Origin: an uncultured Candidatus Binatia bacterium
GTDB taxonomy: Bacteria > Desulfobacterota > Binatia > UBA9968 > JAJDTQ01
Direction: 5' to 3'
DNA: 64,000 nt
Assembly (NCBI GenBank): GCA_965242525.1
Contig: OZ251459.1
Span: 800,001 to 864,000 of the forward strand
The notes beneath the pieces are model-generated. The model was given only the letters and a program-made list of their open reading frames with translations, had not been told where the DNA came from and ran no database searches. The translations under genes and the position numbers were made by a program. Positions 42,600 to 52,403 of the stretch are shown piece after piece; the first letter of the stretch is position 1, and each line of letters begins with the position of its first letter.

Positions 42600-43356
42600 C
42601 AAGGCGAGCAGCTTGCTCCGGGAGAGGGCGCGAAACGGCTTTGACCTCTATGAACGCAGGCCGGGGAAGCACCAGCTCATCGTCCCTATCCTTCACGAGG
42701 ACGGGGATATGGTGGATATCTACCTGCAAGACAGCCCCAAGGGTGAGGACTACGTGCGCATCTGCGATTTCGGCATGGCGCTCATGCGCCTTTCCTGTAC
42801 CTACGAGATAAACAGCTCGGCGCGTGAAAGGATCTTTGACAGCATTCTCGTCAACAACGGGGTTTCCAATGATGAGGGAAACCTGTACCTGGATATCTCG
42901 CCCGAGATGCTCTACGAGGGTGTATTGCAATTCGCGGGCTGCGTTCAAAAGGTATGCAATATGCGCTATTGGAGCAGGGAGATTGTCCGAAGCGCGTTTT
43001 ACGACGACCTGAAGAATTACACCGCGACGGAACTGGCCCCGTTCCATCCGCAACCGGATGTATCTCCTCTGCCGAGTTATGAAATTATCAAGGTGGACTG
43101 GTCTTTGACACACCACGAACGCCATTTCTATCTCTTCGGGATAGGAAGCGGCGACAAGGCGAAGAACGTGGCCATTTCGTTGCTGGAGTTTCAAAAGGCG
43201 AAACTGCGGTTCATCAGCCTCGTGGTGTACGAGGACATGGAGGAGCTCGGAAGAAAGGAAAGGCAGTATCTCACCAAGAACGCGGATACCCAGTACCCGA
43301 CCCTGGCGGATTTTCGGGAGAAGGCGCATTCGGACATCCCCAGGTTGGCGGCATGA
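42589..43356 (+). CDS. DUF1828-like protein
   Basis: IVPILHEDGDMVDIYL...RICDFG; 11-bp overlap with the upstream gene. Confidence 0.8.
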   Translation: MNPDKASSLLRERARNGFDLYERRPGKHQLIVPILHEDGDMVDIYLQDSPKGEDYVRICDFGMALMRLSCTYEINSSARERIFDSILVNNGVSNDEGNLYLDISPEMLYEGVLQFAGCVQKVCNMRYWSREIVRSAFYDDLKNYTATELAPFHPQPDVSPLPSYEIIKVDWSLTHHERHFYLFGIGSGDKAKNVAISLLEFQKAKLRFISLVVYEDMEELGRKERQYLTKNADTQYPTLADFREKAHSDIPRLAA

Positions 43357-43385
43357 AGAAAAATCCCGCAAGGAAGGAGTCCTGA

Positions 43386-44111
43386 ATGGCGTACACGAGT
43401 TGGCGCGGCACCGTCGGCATCATCAAGCCGACCATGAGGCCCGGTTCCCTGGAGGAGTTCATCCGCATGATGCCCGAGGGCATCGGCGTCATTCCCCTGT
43501 TCATCGGTTTCCGGCGCGGCACCGCGGACGAGTTCCAGCAGGCCATGAAGGCCTATGAGGAACGGGTGGCCGAGCTCGCCGGTTATGAGGTGGACCTGAT
43601 CCACCCCGAAGGGGCGCCGCCGTTCATGTTGCAGGGGGTCAAGGGCGAGCGCCGTATCGTTCGGGCCTGGGAACGGAAGTACAAGGTTCCCGTCGTGACC
43701 GCGGGCATGACCCAGGTCGAAGCCCTCAAGGCGCTCAAGTGCAAGAAGATCGTCGGGGTTACCTACTTCACCGGCAAGATCAACGAGACCTTCGCGCGGT
43801 ACTTCGTGGAGGCGGGGTTCGACGTCCTGGCCATGGAGGGCATACCCGTGGAGTTCGAGGACGTGGGCAAGCTCGCCGGGCAGGAAGTCTATGCCCACAC
43901 CCGCAACGCCTTCCTGCGCCACCGGCAGGCGGACGCCATCTACATGCTGGGCTCGGGGTGGCGCACCCTGGACATCATCGAGTTGCTGGAGCAGGACCTC
44001 CAGGTGCCGGTGGTGCACCCGGTCCCGGCCAGGGTGTGGGCGGTCCAGAAACGGCTGCACGTGAACGAGTCGGTCATGGGCTACGGGCGCCTGCTGGAGG
44101 AGATGGTCTAG
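43386..44111 (+). CDS. Maleate isomerase / Asp-Glu racemase superfamily protein
   Basis: GIIKP, PVVT...VEALKAL, YFVEAGFDVL, IELLEQDLQVPVV, GYGRLL. Confidence 0.85.
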   Translation: MAYTSWRGTVGIIKPTMRPGSLEEFIRMMPEGIGVIPLFIGFRRGTADEFQQAMKAYEERVAELAGYEVDLIHPEGAPPFMLQGVKGERRIVRAWERKYKVPVVTAGMTQVEALKALKCKKIVGVTYFTGKINETFARYFVEAGFDVLAMEGIPVEFEDVGKLAGQEVYAHTRNAFLRHRQADAIYMLGSGWRTLDIIELLEQDLQVPVVHPVPARVWAVQKRLHVNESVMGYGRLLEEMV

Positions 44112-44148
44112 GCGCCGGTCCGGGACGGCGACGTGCGGGTCCTGGCGC

Positions 44149-46068
44149 TCAACCGCGGGCGCGGCCCAGTCCGCGGAGTTGCAGCAACCCCCCTGCGGCC
44201 ACCAGCACCGAGCCCGCCAACAGCATGTTCCACCCGGGCAGGATGAGCAGCACGCCGCCGACGATGAGCACGGCGCGCACGGGCCACGTGAGCACGCGCA
44301 GGCCGTAGCCGATGGTCCCCGCGGACAGGCTCACCGCCCCCACCAGGGCGGACACGGCCGCCAGCGCCACCGAGTCCCACGAGCCCCGCAGCAGCAGGGC
44401 GGGGTGGAGCGCGAAAGAGAACGGCAACAGGTACTTGCCGATGGCCAGGCGCACCGCGTGCTTGCCGGTCTCCCATATGCCGGCGCCGCTGATGCTGCAT
44501 GTGACGAAGACGGTGACGCACACCGGCGGCGTGATGTGGGACGCCAACCCCCAGTAAACCACGAACAGGTGGGCGGCGATGTCCGGCACCCCCATGAGCA
44601 CCAGCGCCGGTGCGCACAGGGTGGCCACGGTGATGTACGCCGGCAGGGAGTCCATGCCCATGCCCAGGATGAGGCTGGCGACCCCCACCAGGGCCAGGGC
44701 GATGGGCAGGTTCCCGCCGCTCAGGTCCACCAGCGCGCGGGAGAACTTCGTCCCCAGCCCGCTGAGACCCAGGGCGGCCACCAGCATCCCCACGGCCGCG
44801 GTGAGTATCGCCAGCGGCACCCATGCCTTCACCGCGGACACCAGGGCCGAGCGCACGTCGTCGGGGTACAGGCGCTTGCCCCGGTCCTTGGACAGGAAGC
44901 TGACCGCCACCAGCAGGGGCAGGCTGAAGATGCCGGCCATGTCGGGGTCGAACTTCTGCACCAGCATCAGGTAGATCATGGCGCCGATGGGCAGCAGGAA
45001 GAACCAGCCTTTCCGGAAGGTGGCGCCCAGGGACGGCAGTTCGTTGCGGGGTAGTCCGGCCAGACCTTGCCGGGCGGCTTCGAAGTCCACCCCCATGAAG
45101 ACGATGACGAAGTAGAGCAGGGCCGGCAGGGCCGCGGCCAGCGCCACCTGGTAATAGGGCGCGCCCAGGAAGTCCGCCATGACGAAGGCGATGGCGCCCA
45201 TGACCGGCGGCAGTATCTGTCCGCCCGCGGACGAGGCGGCCTCCACGCCTCCGGCGAACCCGGGCCGGTATCCCGCCCGCACCATGAGGGGGATGGTCAC
45301 CGCTCCGGTGGTGGCGGCGTTGGCCGACGGCGAGCCGGAGATGGTGCCGAAGAAGGCCGAGGCCAGCACAGCGGTCTTGGCGGCGCCGCCCCGGGTCCAG
45401 CCGGCCAGGGCCAGGGCCAGCTCGCTGAACCACTCGCCCACCCCGGCCTTCTGCAGCAGGTGGGCGAAGATCAGGAACACGATGACGATGGTGGAGGCCA
45501 CCCCCAGGGGGACGCCGAAGATGCCCTCTCCGGGCACGTACACCGCGTAGGACAGCCGGTCCCAGGCGTAGCCCTTGCCGAACAGCAGGCCCGGCAGGAT
45601 GTTCTGGAAGCGCGCCACGAAGAGGAACAGGCAGATGATGGTCACCAGCACCCAGCCCACGGCCCGCTTGAGCGCCACCAGCAGGGAGAAGGCCAGGGCG
45701 AACGCCAGGATCATGCCCGGCGGGTCCAGGAACCCGTACTCGTCGTAGTCGGTGACCCGTTCGTAGAAGAGGAGGATGAAACCCAGGGGCGCCATGCCCA
45801 GCGCCAGCAGCGCCGCGTCCCACCACAGGCCCCGGTTGGCCGGGCCCCGGCGGCGCATGTGGACGAGGTAGGCCAGGAGCAGGGCGCAGGTGAGGCTCAC
45901 CGCCCGGTGGAAGGGGGTGGGGAAGAAGACCCCCAGGTAGATGAACGTCCGTCCCACCACCACCAGGTGGTAGAGGGCGGTGAGCAGGGCGATCCCGTCG
46001 ATGACCCGGTCCCAGGCCGGGGAGGGTCCCGCGTCCCGGACCGACTGCGGCGTGGCGATGTCAGGCAT
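44149..46068 (-). CDS. TRAP transporter fused permease (4TM/12TM)
   Basis: GIFGVPLG, GTISGSPSAN..TTG..TIP, SAGGQILPPVMGA, ITPPV. Confidence 0.93.
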   Translation of the reverse strand: MPDIATPQSVRDAGPSPAWDRVIDGIALLTALYHLVVVGRTFIYLGVFFPTPFHRAVSLTCALLLAYLVHMRRRGPANRGLWWDAALLALGMAPLGFILLFYERVTDYDEYGFLDPPGMILAFALAFSLLVALKRAVGWVLVTIICLFLFVARFQNILPGLLFGKGYAWDRLSYAVYVPGEGIFGVPLGVASTIVIVFLIFAHLLQKAGVGEWFSELALALAGWTRGGAAKTAVLASAFFGTISGSPSANAATTGAVTIPLMVRAGYRPGFAGGVEAASSAGGQILPPVMGAIAFVMADFLGAPYYQVALAAALPALLYFVIVFMGVDFEAARQGLAGLPRNELPSLGATFRKGWFFLLPIGAMIYLMLVQKFDPDMAGIFSLPLLVAVSFLSKDRGKRLYPDDVRSALVSAVKAWVPLAILTAAVGMLVAALGLSGLGTKFSRALVDLSGGNLPIALALVGVASLILGMGMDSLPAYITVATLCAPALVLMGVPDIAAHLFVVYWGLASHITPPVCVTVFVTCSISGAGIWETGKHAVRLAIGKYLLPFSFALHPALLLRGSWDSVALAAVSALVGAVSLSAGTIGYGLRVLTWPVRAVLIVGGVLLILPGWNMLLAGSVLVAAGGLLQLRGLGRARG

Positions 46069-46131
46069 CCCGTTCCCGGTCCGGGGCGCGGCGCCCCGGA
46101 CCCCGTGCGAGGAGCGCGGCCCCGGTCACGG

Positions 46132-47145
46132 TCACTGGTTGTCGAGCAGCGCCTGCTGCGTCTTCGCCAGCGCGTCGGTCCACTCGCCGACCTCCCGGTA
46201 GTAGCGGACGGCGCCGGGATGGAAGGGGATGGTGGGGTTGGCCAGGCTGTCCTTCAGTGTGTACTGCTTGGCCGACGCGTGCACCGGGTAGAACTGCTTC
46301 AGGTTCTCGAAGAACGTCTTGGCGACCGTGTAGATGACGTCCTCCGGCACGTCCGCACGGGTGGCGGCAAAGGTGCCCACGGCCAGCGAGTCCACGTCGC
46401 TGTCCAGGCCCTTGATGGCGCCCTTGGCGATCTTGGCGCGCCGGTAGCCCTTCAGCCGCGGGTCCTCCAGGATCTCCGCGGCCTTGTCCCCGGGGATGGC
46501 GATGACCTTTAGGTCGATGGCCTGGGCCAGGCGCCGGAGCGGAGGCGAGGAGGTGCGGGGGCTGCCGAAGGGCATGACCACGGCGTCCGCGGCCCCCAGC
46601 TTCAGGGACTCGAGCTGCTCGTTGGTGTTGCCGTGCCTGAGTATCTTCACCGACGCTTCCGGGATGCCGTAGGCCCGCATCAACGCCCGGGCGAACGCCT
46701 CCAGGTCCGCCAGCGACTTCCGTTTGGCCTGCACGGTCTTGCCCTCCAGGTCCGCGGGGGTGCGGATGCCCCGGTCGGCCCGGGCGACCAGGGCCCGGGC
46801 TCCCAGGCCGCCCTGGAAGACCAGCCGGAGCGGCGCCTTCCCGTCCTTCCGGAACGAGCCGATGCCGTGGTACCCGTGGGTGCCGGCCAGGGAGTTCAGC
46901 AGCGCCAGCTCGATGCGCTTGGCCGCCAGCGCGCGCACGTTGGCGTCGCTGCCGCCGATGGGCTCCACGGTGACGCTCACGTCGGAGTTGCGGCTGACCG
47001 TATCGCCGATGCCCACGGCGAGGATGTGGAAGCGCGCGCCCACGGTCGAGGTGCCCAGCGACAGGGCCGTCTGGGAGTGCGCCGAGGTTGCGAAACAGAG
47101 GACGCCGGCGAGTAACGCGAGATGGAAACGTATCGAGGTCTTCAT
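46132..47145 (-). CDS. TAXI family TRAP solute-binding protein
   Basis: Signal peptide, LGTSTVG, GGSDANV, IPFHPGAVRYYRE. Confidence 0.92.
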   Translation of the reverse strand: MKTSIRFHLALLAGVLCFATSAHSQTALSLGTSTVGARFHILAVGIGDTVSRNSDVSVTVEPIGGSDANVRALAAKRIELALLNSLAGTHGYHGIGSFRKDGKAPLRLVFQGGLGARALVARADRGIRTPADLEGKTVQAKRKSLADLEAFARALMRAYGIPEASVKILRHGNTNEQLESLKLGAADAVVMPFGSPRTSSPPLRRLAQAIDLKVIAIPGDKAAEILEDPRLKGYRRAKIAKGAIKGLDSDVDSLAVGTFAATRADVPEDVIYTVAKTFFENLKQFYPVHASAKQYTLKDSLANPTIPFHPGAVRYYREVGEWTDALAKTQQALLDNQ

Positions 47146-47194
47146 GCCCCCCTCCTTGAAAGTAGCGGAACCAATACGTTGCAAGGGTGGGCAA

Positions 47195-47223
47195 GCACTA
47201 ACACCGTTGACACGGGGTGTCAA
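47195..47223 (-). promoter_or_regulatory. Putative promoter with an overlapping palindrome
   Basis: TTGACA-N17-TAGTGC; TTGACAC-GGG-GTGTCAA at 47207-47223. Confidence 0.55.
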
Positions 47224-47290
47224 TTCCGACAAGCGCGCGCCGAGCGCCGGCGCAGGGCTTCGGCGGGTTGGCGTGCGGTGCCGGCATCGG

Positions 47291-47357
47291 GGAAACCCTG
47301 AACGATCCCGGAGGAAGAGAGCGTCCTTCGACTTCGCTTCGCTCAGGACGAACGGGG
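47291..47357. repeat. Family A repeat (core with 5-bp deletion)
   Basis: GGAAACCCTGAACGATC...GTCCTTCGACTTCGCTTCGCTCAGGACGAACGGGGA. Confidence 0.8.
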
Positions 47358-47411
47358 ACAGGAAGGTCGCGTGAGGGAGTATCCTCCATCCACGGCTCGA
47401 TTGCCCCGAGT

Positions 47412-47522
47412 GGCTCTTCAGGAATTCGTGTGGGTAAGGTAGGAGGGAAAGGGGTGAGACGGGGCCAGGCCATCGTTCCCGCAGATGTCCCTCCCCGTCA
47501 TTCCCGCGAAAGCGGGAATCCA
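47412..47522. repeat. Family B repeat with conserved terminal segment (inverted)
   Basis: GGCTCTTCAGG...GGAGGGAAAG...GTCATTCCCGCGAAAGCGGGAATCCA. Confidence 0.8.
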
Positions 47523-47607
47523 CTTTCATCATCTCGGCTCTTCCTGCTTCCCGCTCACCCTCGCTTCCCGGTCTCCCTGACGCGGCTATCCGCCCCTCGT
47601 GCGGCCC

Positions 47608-48741
47608 TCAGGCCGCGTCCATCAGCGGCGCCACGTTCAGGTTGTACAGGCGGGCCACGTTGGAGTTGAGCAGCTTGGTGCGGTCGCCGGCGTCGAGGCT
47701 GCCCAGGTCCCGGGCGATGACTTCCCGGGAGCGGGGCCAGGTGGAGTTCTGGTGCGGGTAGTCGTTGGACCACATGCAGTTGTCGGAGCCCCACCAGGAG
47801 AACAGCCGTCCGCCGATGTGGTCGTTGAAGAACGTGGCATAGACCTGACGGGCGAAGTATTCGCCGGGTTCCTTGGGGATGGGCAGGGACTCCGCGTGGC
47901 GGTGGCGGCGGAAGTTCTTGTCGCACTGCCCCAGCCAGAAGGGGATCCAGCCCACCTCGTTTTCCACGGACACGATCTTGAGCGAGGGATAGCGCTCCAG
48001 CACCCCGGAGAAGATGATGTCGAACAAGGCGTCCTCGATCTCGCGGGTCTGGCGGACGCCGATGCGGTAGCGCCCCATGCCGTGGGTGGTCTGGCGGCGC
48101 ATGCTGTCGCCGAAGCCCGTGAGGATATGCAGGTGCACGGGCATGTCGAGATCCTGGGACGCGGCCCAGTAGCGTTCATAGTGGTCCGAGGTAAACGGCA
48201 GGTCCTTGTGGGGCACTTGCCAGACCAGGGTCCCCACCATCCCCTGCCGCTTGCAGCGCTCCATCTCCGCCACTGCCAAGTCCACGTCGAAGGCGGAGAT
48301 CAGCGCCACCCCGAACAGCCGGTCCGGCGCTCCCTGGCAGTATTCGATGAGCCAGTCGTTGTAGGTGCGGAACAGGGCCTGCTGGAACGCGGGGTCCTCG
48401 ACGCAGAAGAAACCGAGTCCCAGGCTGGGGTAGAGCACTTCGCCGGACACGCCGTCCTGGGCCATGTCCTTGATGCGCTCCGCCGGGTCCCAACCCCCGG
48501 GACGCGCCACCGAGAAGCCCGCCCGGCGGTAGTCCTCCACGTTCTCGGGGCGCTGGCCCGCCATGAACAGACCGCCCACGGCCTGGGGCGCCACGTCCGG
48601 CGACCCGAACATCCAGGCGTCGCGTCCTTCGTCGAAATAGGCCTTGGGCGCCCGGTCACGGAAGGCCGCGGGCAGCCCCTTTTCCCACAGGTCCGGGACC
48701 TCGATGACGTGCGAGTCTGCCGAGATGATGGTCTCTTCCAT
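47608..48741 (-). CDS. Amidohydrolase_2 family protein
   Basis: ISADSHVIE, VLYPS, VHLHI, ENEVGW, WSNDYPH. Confidence 0.92.
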   Translation of the reverse strand: MEETIISADSHVIEVPDLWEKGLPAAFRDRAPKAYFDEGRDAWMFGSPDVAPQAVGGLFMAGQRPENVEDYRRAGFSVARPGGWDPAERIKDMAQDGVSGEVLYPSLGLGFFCVEDPAFQQALFRTYNDWLIEYCQGAPDRLFGVALISAFDVDLAVAEMERCKRQGMVGTLVWQVPHKDLPFTSDHYERYWAASQDLDMPVHLHILTGFGDSMRRQTTHGMGRYRIGVRQTREIEDALFDIIFSGVLERYPSLKIVSVENEVGWIPFWLGQCDKNFRRHRHAESLPIPKEPGEYFARQVYATFFNDHIGGRLFSWWGSDNCMWSNDYPHQNSTWPRSREVIARDLGSLDAGDRTKLLNSNVARLYNLNVAPLMDAA

Positions 48742-48804
48742 GACGGTTCCTCCTCTCCTGCGGAACGACGGAAACGAAGGTTCGCGCCGCGCGGGCGTGG
48801 CGTG

Positions 48805-48833
48805 ACACTAACGCCAACGTCCGCGGTTGTCAA
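48805..48833 (-). promoter_or_regulatory. Putative sigma70 promoter
   Basis: TTGACA-N17-TAGTGT. Confidence 0.55.
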
Positions 48834-48851
48834 AGGACTTGGCGGGCGCGG

Positions 48852-49583
48852 TTATTCCGTGGTCCAGCGGAGTTCGCGCTCCATGAAATCCGCCACCAGG
48901 GGCCACGCCAGGTCCGCGGCGTGGGGGTGGTAGCCCGCCGCGCCGGGGTCCACGAAACCGTGCCCGCCGAAGGGAAAGGAGTGCCACTCCAGGGGCTGGC
49001 CGTTCTCCCGGAACGCGTACATCATCCGGTCCTGCACCGGCGTCACGGTGGTGACGTCGTCCGCGCCGTAGAGGACGATGGACGGACAGCGGATGCGCCG
49101 GGCCTTGTCCCAGGGCGGGACGGGCCGCATGTCGGTGGGGGGCTCGTCCCGGACCGTGGGATAGTAGCCCACGAAGGCCCGCACCTGCGGGGTCTCGGCC
49201 ACGAAGTTGATGGCGATGCGGCCCCCCATGCAGTAACCGCACACCGCCACCCGCTCGCCGTCCACGTGCGGCCGGGCGAGCAGGAAACGCCAGCTCTCGG
49301 TGAGCGCCCGGGTGAACTCCTCGTCGGACGTCCGGGCCTGGATCTCCGCCCCGGTCTCGATGTGGGTGGCCGCGGGATGCCCCAGGAGCTCGAAGACGTT
49401 GGCCGCAAAGGTGCTGTAGCCCAGGGCGGCGAACTTGCGCGCCTCGGTCTTGATGTAGTCGGTCACCCCGGACTTGGGATGGATGAGCAGCAGCCCCGGT
49501 CCGGGCTCGGTCCGTTGCGGATGGGCCAGGTAGCCGGCGATGCCGTGTTCCCGGCTGTTGAGCGTGCGTTCGATGATCTGCAT
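48852..49583 (-). CDS. Dienelactone hydrolase family protein
   Basis: GYCMGG nucleophile, YGADD, GHGF. Confidence 0.9.
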   Translation of the reverse strand: MQIIERTLNSREHGIAGYLAHPQRTEPGPGLLLIHPKSGVTDYIKTEARKFAALGYSTFAANVFELLGHPAATHIETGAEIQARTSDEEFTRALTESWRFLLARPHVDGERVAVCGYCMGGRIAINFVAETPQVRAFVGYYPTVRDEPPTDMRPVPPWDKARRIRCPSIVLYGADDVTTVTPVQDRMMYAFRENGQPLEWHSFPFGGHGFVDPGAAGYHPHAADLAWPLVADFMERELRWTTE

Positions 49584-49702
49584 GGTTCCTCCCCGCGGCG
49601 GCGTTGCCGAGCGCGGAGCCTAACACGCTGGCGTCACCCGGCAAAGGGCGCACGGGCCGATTCCGGCTTGACTTGGAAACCCAAATCGTTCATGGAGGAC
49701 CC

Positions 49703-50860
49703 ATGCGCATCATCGACGCCGACGGCCACGTCAACGAGTGTCCCGCGACCTTCGACGACAAGTACATGGACCCGGAGTTCCGTTCCCGGCGGCCGGTCAT
49801 CGTGGGTTCGTCGGGGATGTACTACTGGATGATCGGCGAGCAGCTCGTGCCCCGGCGGGCCGGGGTCGGGTGCAACAACTTCAGCACCCCCGCCCGGGTG
49901 GACGGCAAGCCCACCCGGCACGGCGCGCTCATCGAGGGGCGCAACCGGGACAGCCTGGAGAGCCAGGAGTTGACCGACCTCACGGCGCGCCTGGAGGCCC
50001 TGGACGCGGAGGACATCCACCTGCAGGTCATCTATCCGACCCTCTTCCTCGCCTATCCGCTGACCAGCGACCCCGCCCTGATGACCGCGTTGTGCGCCTC
50101 CTACAACCGCTGGATGGGGGACCGGACGTCGGGCAGCGAGCGTCTCAAGTGGGCGGGAGTGGTCAACCTCGAAGACGTGTCCGGGGCCGTGCGCGGGGTC
50201 CATGAAGCCAGGAGCCTCGGCGCCTCCGCCATCATGGTCCTGGGGACCGCGGGGGACCGCACCCTCGACCACCCCTCGCTGCTGCCGTTCTACGAGGCCC
50301 TGGCCGAGACCGACCTGACCCTGGGCGTACACGTGGGCTGGTCCTGTCCGTCCCTGAACAACCTCTACAGCGACCTCTACCCCTCGTGGTTGACCGCTTT
50401 CCTCATGCCCGTGCTCATGGGGTTCGTGGCCTTCATGACCGGGGGCCTGCTGGACCGCTTCCCGAGCTTGCGGGTGGTGTTCCTGGAGGCGGGCTGCCTG
50501 TGGATCCCCTTCGTCATCGACCGCCTGAACCACAGGTTCCCCCACGCGCAGCGTCTGGCGAACCTCTACCCGCAAGTGGCCATCCGCGCCGCGGAAGCGC
50601 CTGCGGAATACCTCGAGCGGGGCAACCTGTACTGGAGCGCCGAGGTGGAGGACGCCATGCTGCCCCAGGTCATGGACCTGGTGGGGGAGGGGCAGATCGT
50701 CTTCGGCTCCGACATGCCCCACTCGGACCGGGAGCGCTTTGCCGCGCGCACGCTGCTGGCCCGGGACGACGTGGACGAGTCGGGCAAGAGCGCCATCCTG
50801 GAGCGGAACCCGGCGCGGCTCTACGGGTTCCCGATCGACGGCGCAGACACGGGGAGGTAG
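49703..50860 (+). CDS. Amidohydrolase_2 family protein
   Basis: IIDADGHVNE, VIYPT, FLEAGCLW, FGSDMPH. Confidence 0.92.
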   Translation: MRIIDADGHVNECPATFDDKYMDPEFRSRRPVIVGSSGMYYWMIGEQLVPRRAGVGCNNFSTPARVDGKPTRHGALIEGRNRDSLESQELTDLTARLEALDAEDIHLQVIYPTLFLAYPLTSDPALMTALCASYNRWMGDRTSGSERLKWAGVVNLEDVSGAVRGVHEARSLGASAIMVLGTAGDRTLDHPSLLPFYEALAETDLTLGVHVGWSCPSLNNLYSDLYPSWLTAFLMPVLMGFVAFMTGGLLDRFPSLRVVFLEAGCLWIPFVIDRLNHRFPHAQRLANLYPQVAIRAAEAPAEYLERGNLYWSAEVEDAMLPQVMDLVGEGQIVFGSDMPHSDRERFAARTLLARDDVDESGKSAILERNPARLYGFPIDGADTGR

Positions 50861-50863
50861 GAA

Positions 50864-51271
50864 ATGGCCGAGCAGGCGCTTCGAGGCAGTTGCCTCTGCC
50901 AAGCCGTCCGTTACCGGGTGACGCCCCCGTTCCTGCGGTTCGCCCACTGCTACTGCAAGCGCTGCCGCAAGGCCACCGGCGGTCTGCGCTCCACCAACAT
51001 CGCGGTGCCCCCGGAGCAGTTCCGCTGGCTCTCCGGGGAAGACCTCGTCTCCCGGTACGACCTGCCCGAGGCCAGGAGCTTCGCCACCGCGGTCTGCACA
51101 CGGTGCAACGGTCCGGTGCCCCGTCCCACCCGGGACCGCTCGCGCATGACCGTTCCTTCGGGCACCCTGGACGACGAGCCGTCCACCGAGCGCCCGTCGG
51201 CCCACCGCTTCTGGAGCAGCCGCGCGGGCTGGGCGGCCATCGACGAGTCCCATTTGCCGTGCGAGGACTGA
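50864..51271 (+). CDS. GFA family (CENP-V-like) Zn protein
   Basis: GSCLC..VRY, HCYCKRCRK, CTRC. Confidence 0.9.
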   Translation: MAEQALRGSCLCQAVRYRVTPPFLRFAHCYCKRCRKATGGLRSTNIAVPPEQFRWLSGEDLVSRYDLPEARSFATAVCTRCNGPVPRPTRDRSRMTVPSGTLDDEPSTERPSAHRFWSSRAGWAAIDESHLPCED

Positions 51272-51329
51272 CCCGCACGCGCTCCAAGGCGCGGGCGCTC
51301 GGCTCCACGGCGCCCGCACGCGGCAGGCC

Positions 51330-52088
51330 ATGACGCAAGGCCAACGTCTGGTGGGCTCCGTCTGGCCCACCAACCGCTCAGGGACCCTGGGAGACGGGGA
51401 GTTGGACCAAAAGCTCCCTTCGGCCATCCGGCTGGTCCACACCACCATGGACTTCCAGGAGGGCACCGAGGAGGAGTTCTCCCGCTCCATACCGGGCTAC
51501 GAGGCCAAGGCCGCGGAGTTGGCCCGGCAGGGGCCCGCCCTCATCCGCGTGCTGGGGGCGCCGCCCTTCATGCTGCTGGGGTTCGCCGGCGAAGGCCGGG
51601 TCGTCTCGGACTGGGAACGGAAGTACGGCGCGCCCATGTTCACGTCGGGACAGAACCACGTGCGCGCGCTCCGGGCCCTGGGCGCCCACCGGGTGCTGGG
51701 CGCCACCTACCTGCCGGACAACCTGAACGCCGTCTTCGCCAACTACCTGCGAGACGCAGGCTTCGACGTCCTGGCCATGGAAGGCATGGACGCGCCCTTC
51801 CACCAAGTGCCGCAAGTCCCGGCCGCGGCCATCTTCGACCATCTCAAGGCCTTGTTCCAACGCCATCCGGGCGCCGAAGCCCTCTACCTGCTGGGCTCCG
51901 CCTGGAAGGTCCTGGAGATCCTCTCGCCGCTGGAACGGGCGTTGGGCGCGCCCGTGGTCTATCCCCTCACCGCCCGCAACTGGGAAACCCAGCTCCGCCT
52001 GGGTTTCCGCCAACCCATCCCCGGCTACGGCCGCCTCCTCTCCGAAATGCCCGACGCCGGCCCTCCGGTGCTGGAACCGGGAGCGTAG
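51330..52088 (+). CDS. Maleate isomerase / Asp-Glu racemase superfamily protein
   Basis: Paralog of 43386..44111 (GAPPFML, WERKY, AGFDVLAMEG, GYGRLL). Confidence 0.85.
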   Translation: MTQGQRLVGSVWPTNRSGTLGDGELDQKLPSAIRLVHTTMDFQEGTEEEFSRSIPGYEAKAAELARQGPALIRVLGAPPFMLLGFAGEGRVVSDWERKYGAPMFTSGQNHVRALRALGAHRVLGATYLPDNLNAVFANYLRDAGFDVLAMEGMDAPFHQVPQVPAAAIFDHLKALFQRHPGAEALYLLGSAWKVLEILSPLERALGAPVVYPLTARNWETQLRLGFRQPIPGYGRLLSEMPDAGPPVLEPGA

Positions 52089-52105
52089 CGCCCGTTGCGA
52101 CCGGA

Positions 52106-52369
52106 ATGAACCAACTCACCATAAGAGGGTTCGATGACGAATTGACGGCTCGCATCCGTCAGTTGGCGAACAGGGAAGGCATTTCGCTCAACCGAGCCGT
52201 GTTGCGGTTGCTGCGTCGAGGGGCCGGCCTCGGCGAACGTCAGGGTGAGACCGGTACCGTGGGATCTTCGCTGGATCATCTGATCGGCACTTGGACGGAA
52301 GATGACGCGGCCGAGATGGACCGTGCCCTCGAAGACCTTTCCCGGGTCGATGAAGGAATGTGGCGATGA
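52106..52369 (+). CDS. Ribbon-helix-helix antitoxin-like protein (orphan)
   Basis: MNQLTIRG...LANREGISLN, LDHLIGTW. Confidence 0.75.
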   Translation: MNQLTIRGFDDELTARIRQLANREGISLNRAVLRLLRRGAGLGERQGETGTVGSSLDHLIGTWTEDDAAEMDRALEDLSRVDEGMWR

Positions 52370-52403
52370 GGGTCATATTCGTGTGGGTTGCGACACTCCC
52401 CAC

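Noticed and set aside
37225-43356. tRNA-targeted integrative element or prophage
   Set aside because: The island lies at the tRNA 5' side; no integrase, phage genes or duplicated tRNA 3' end were seen
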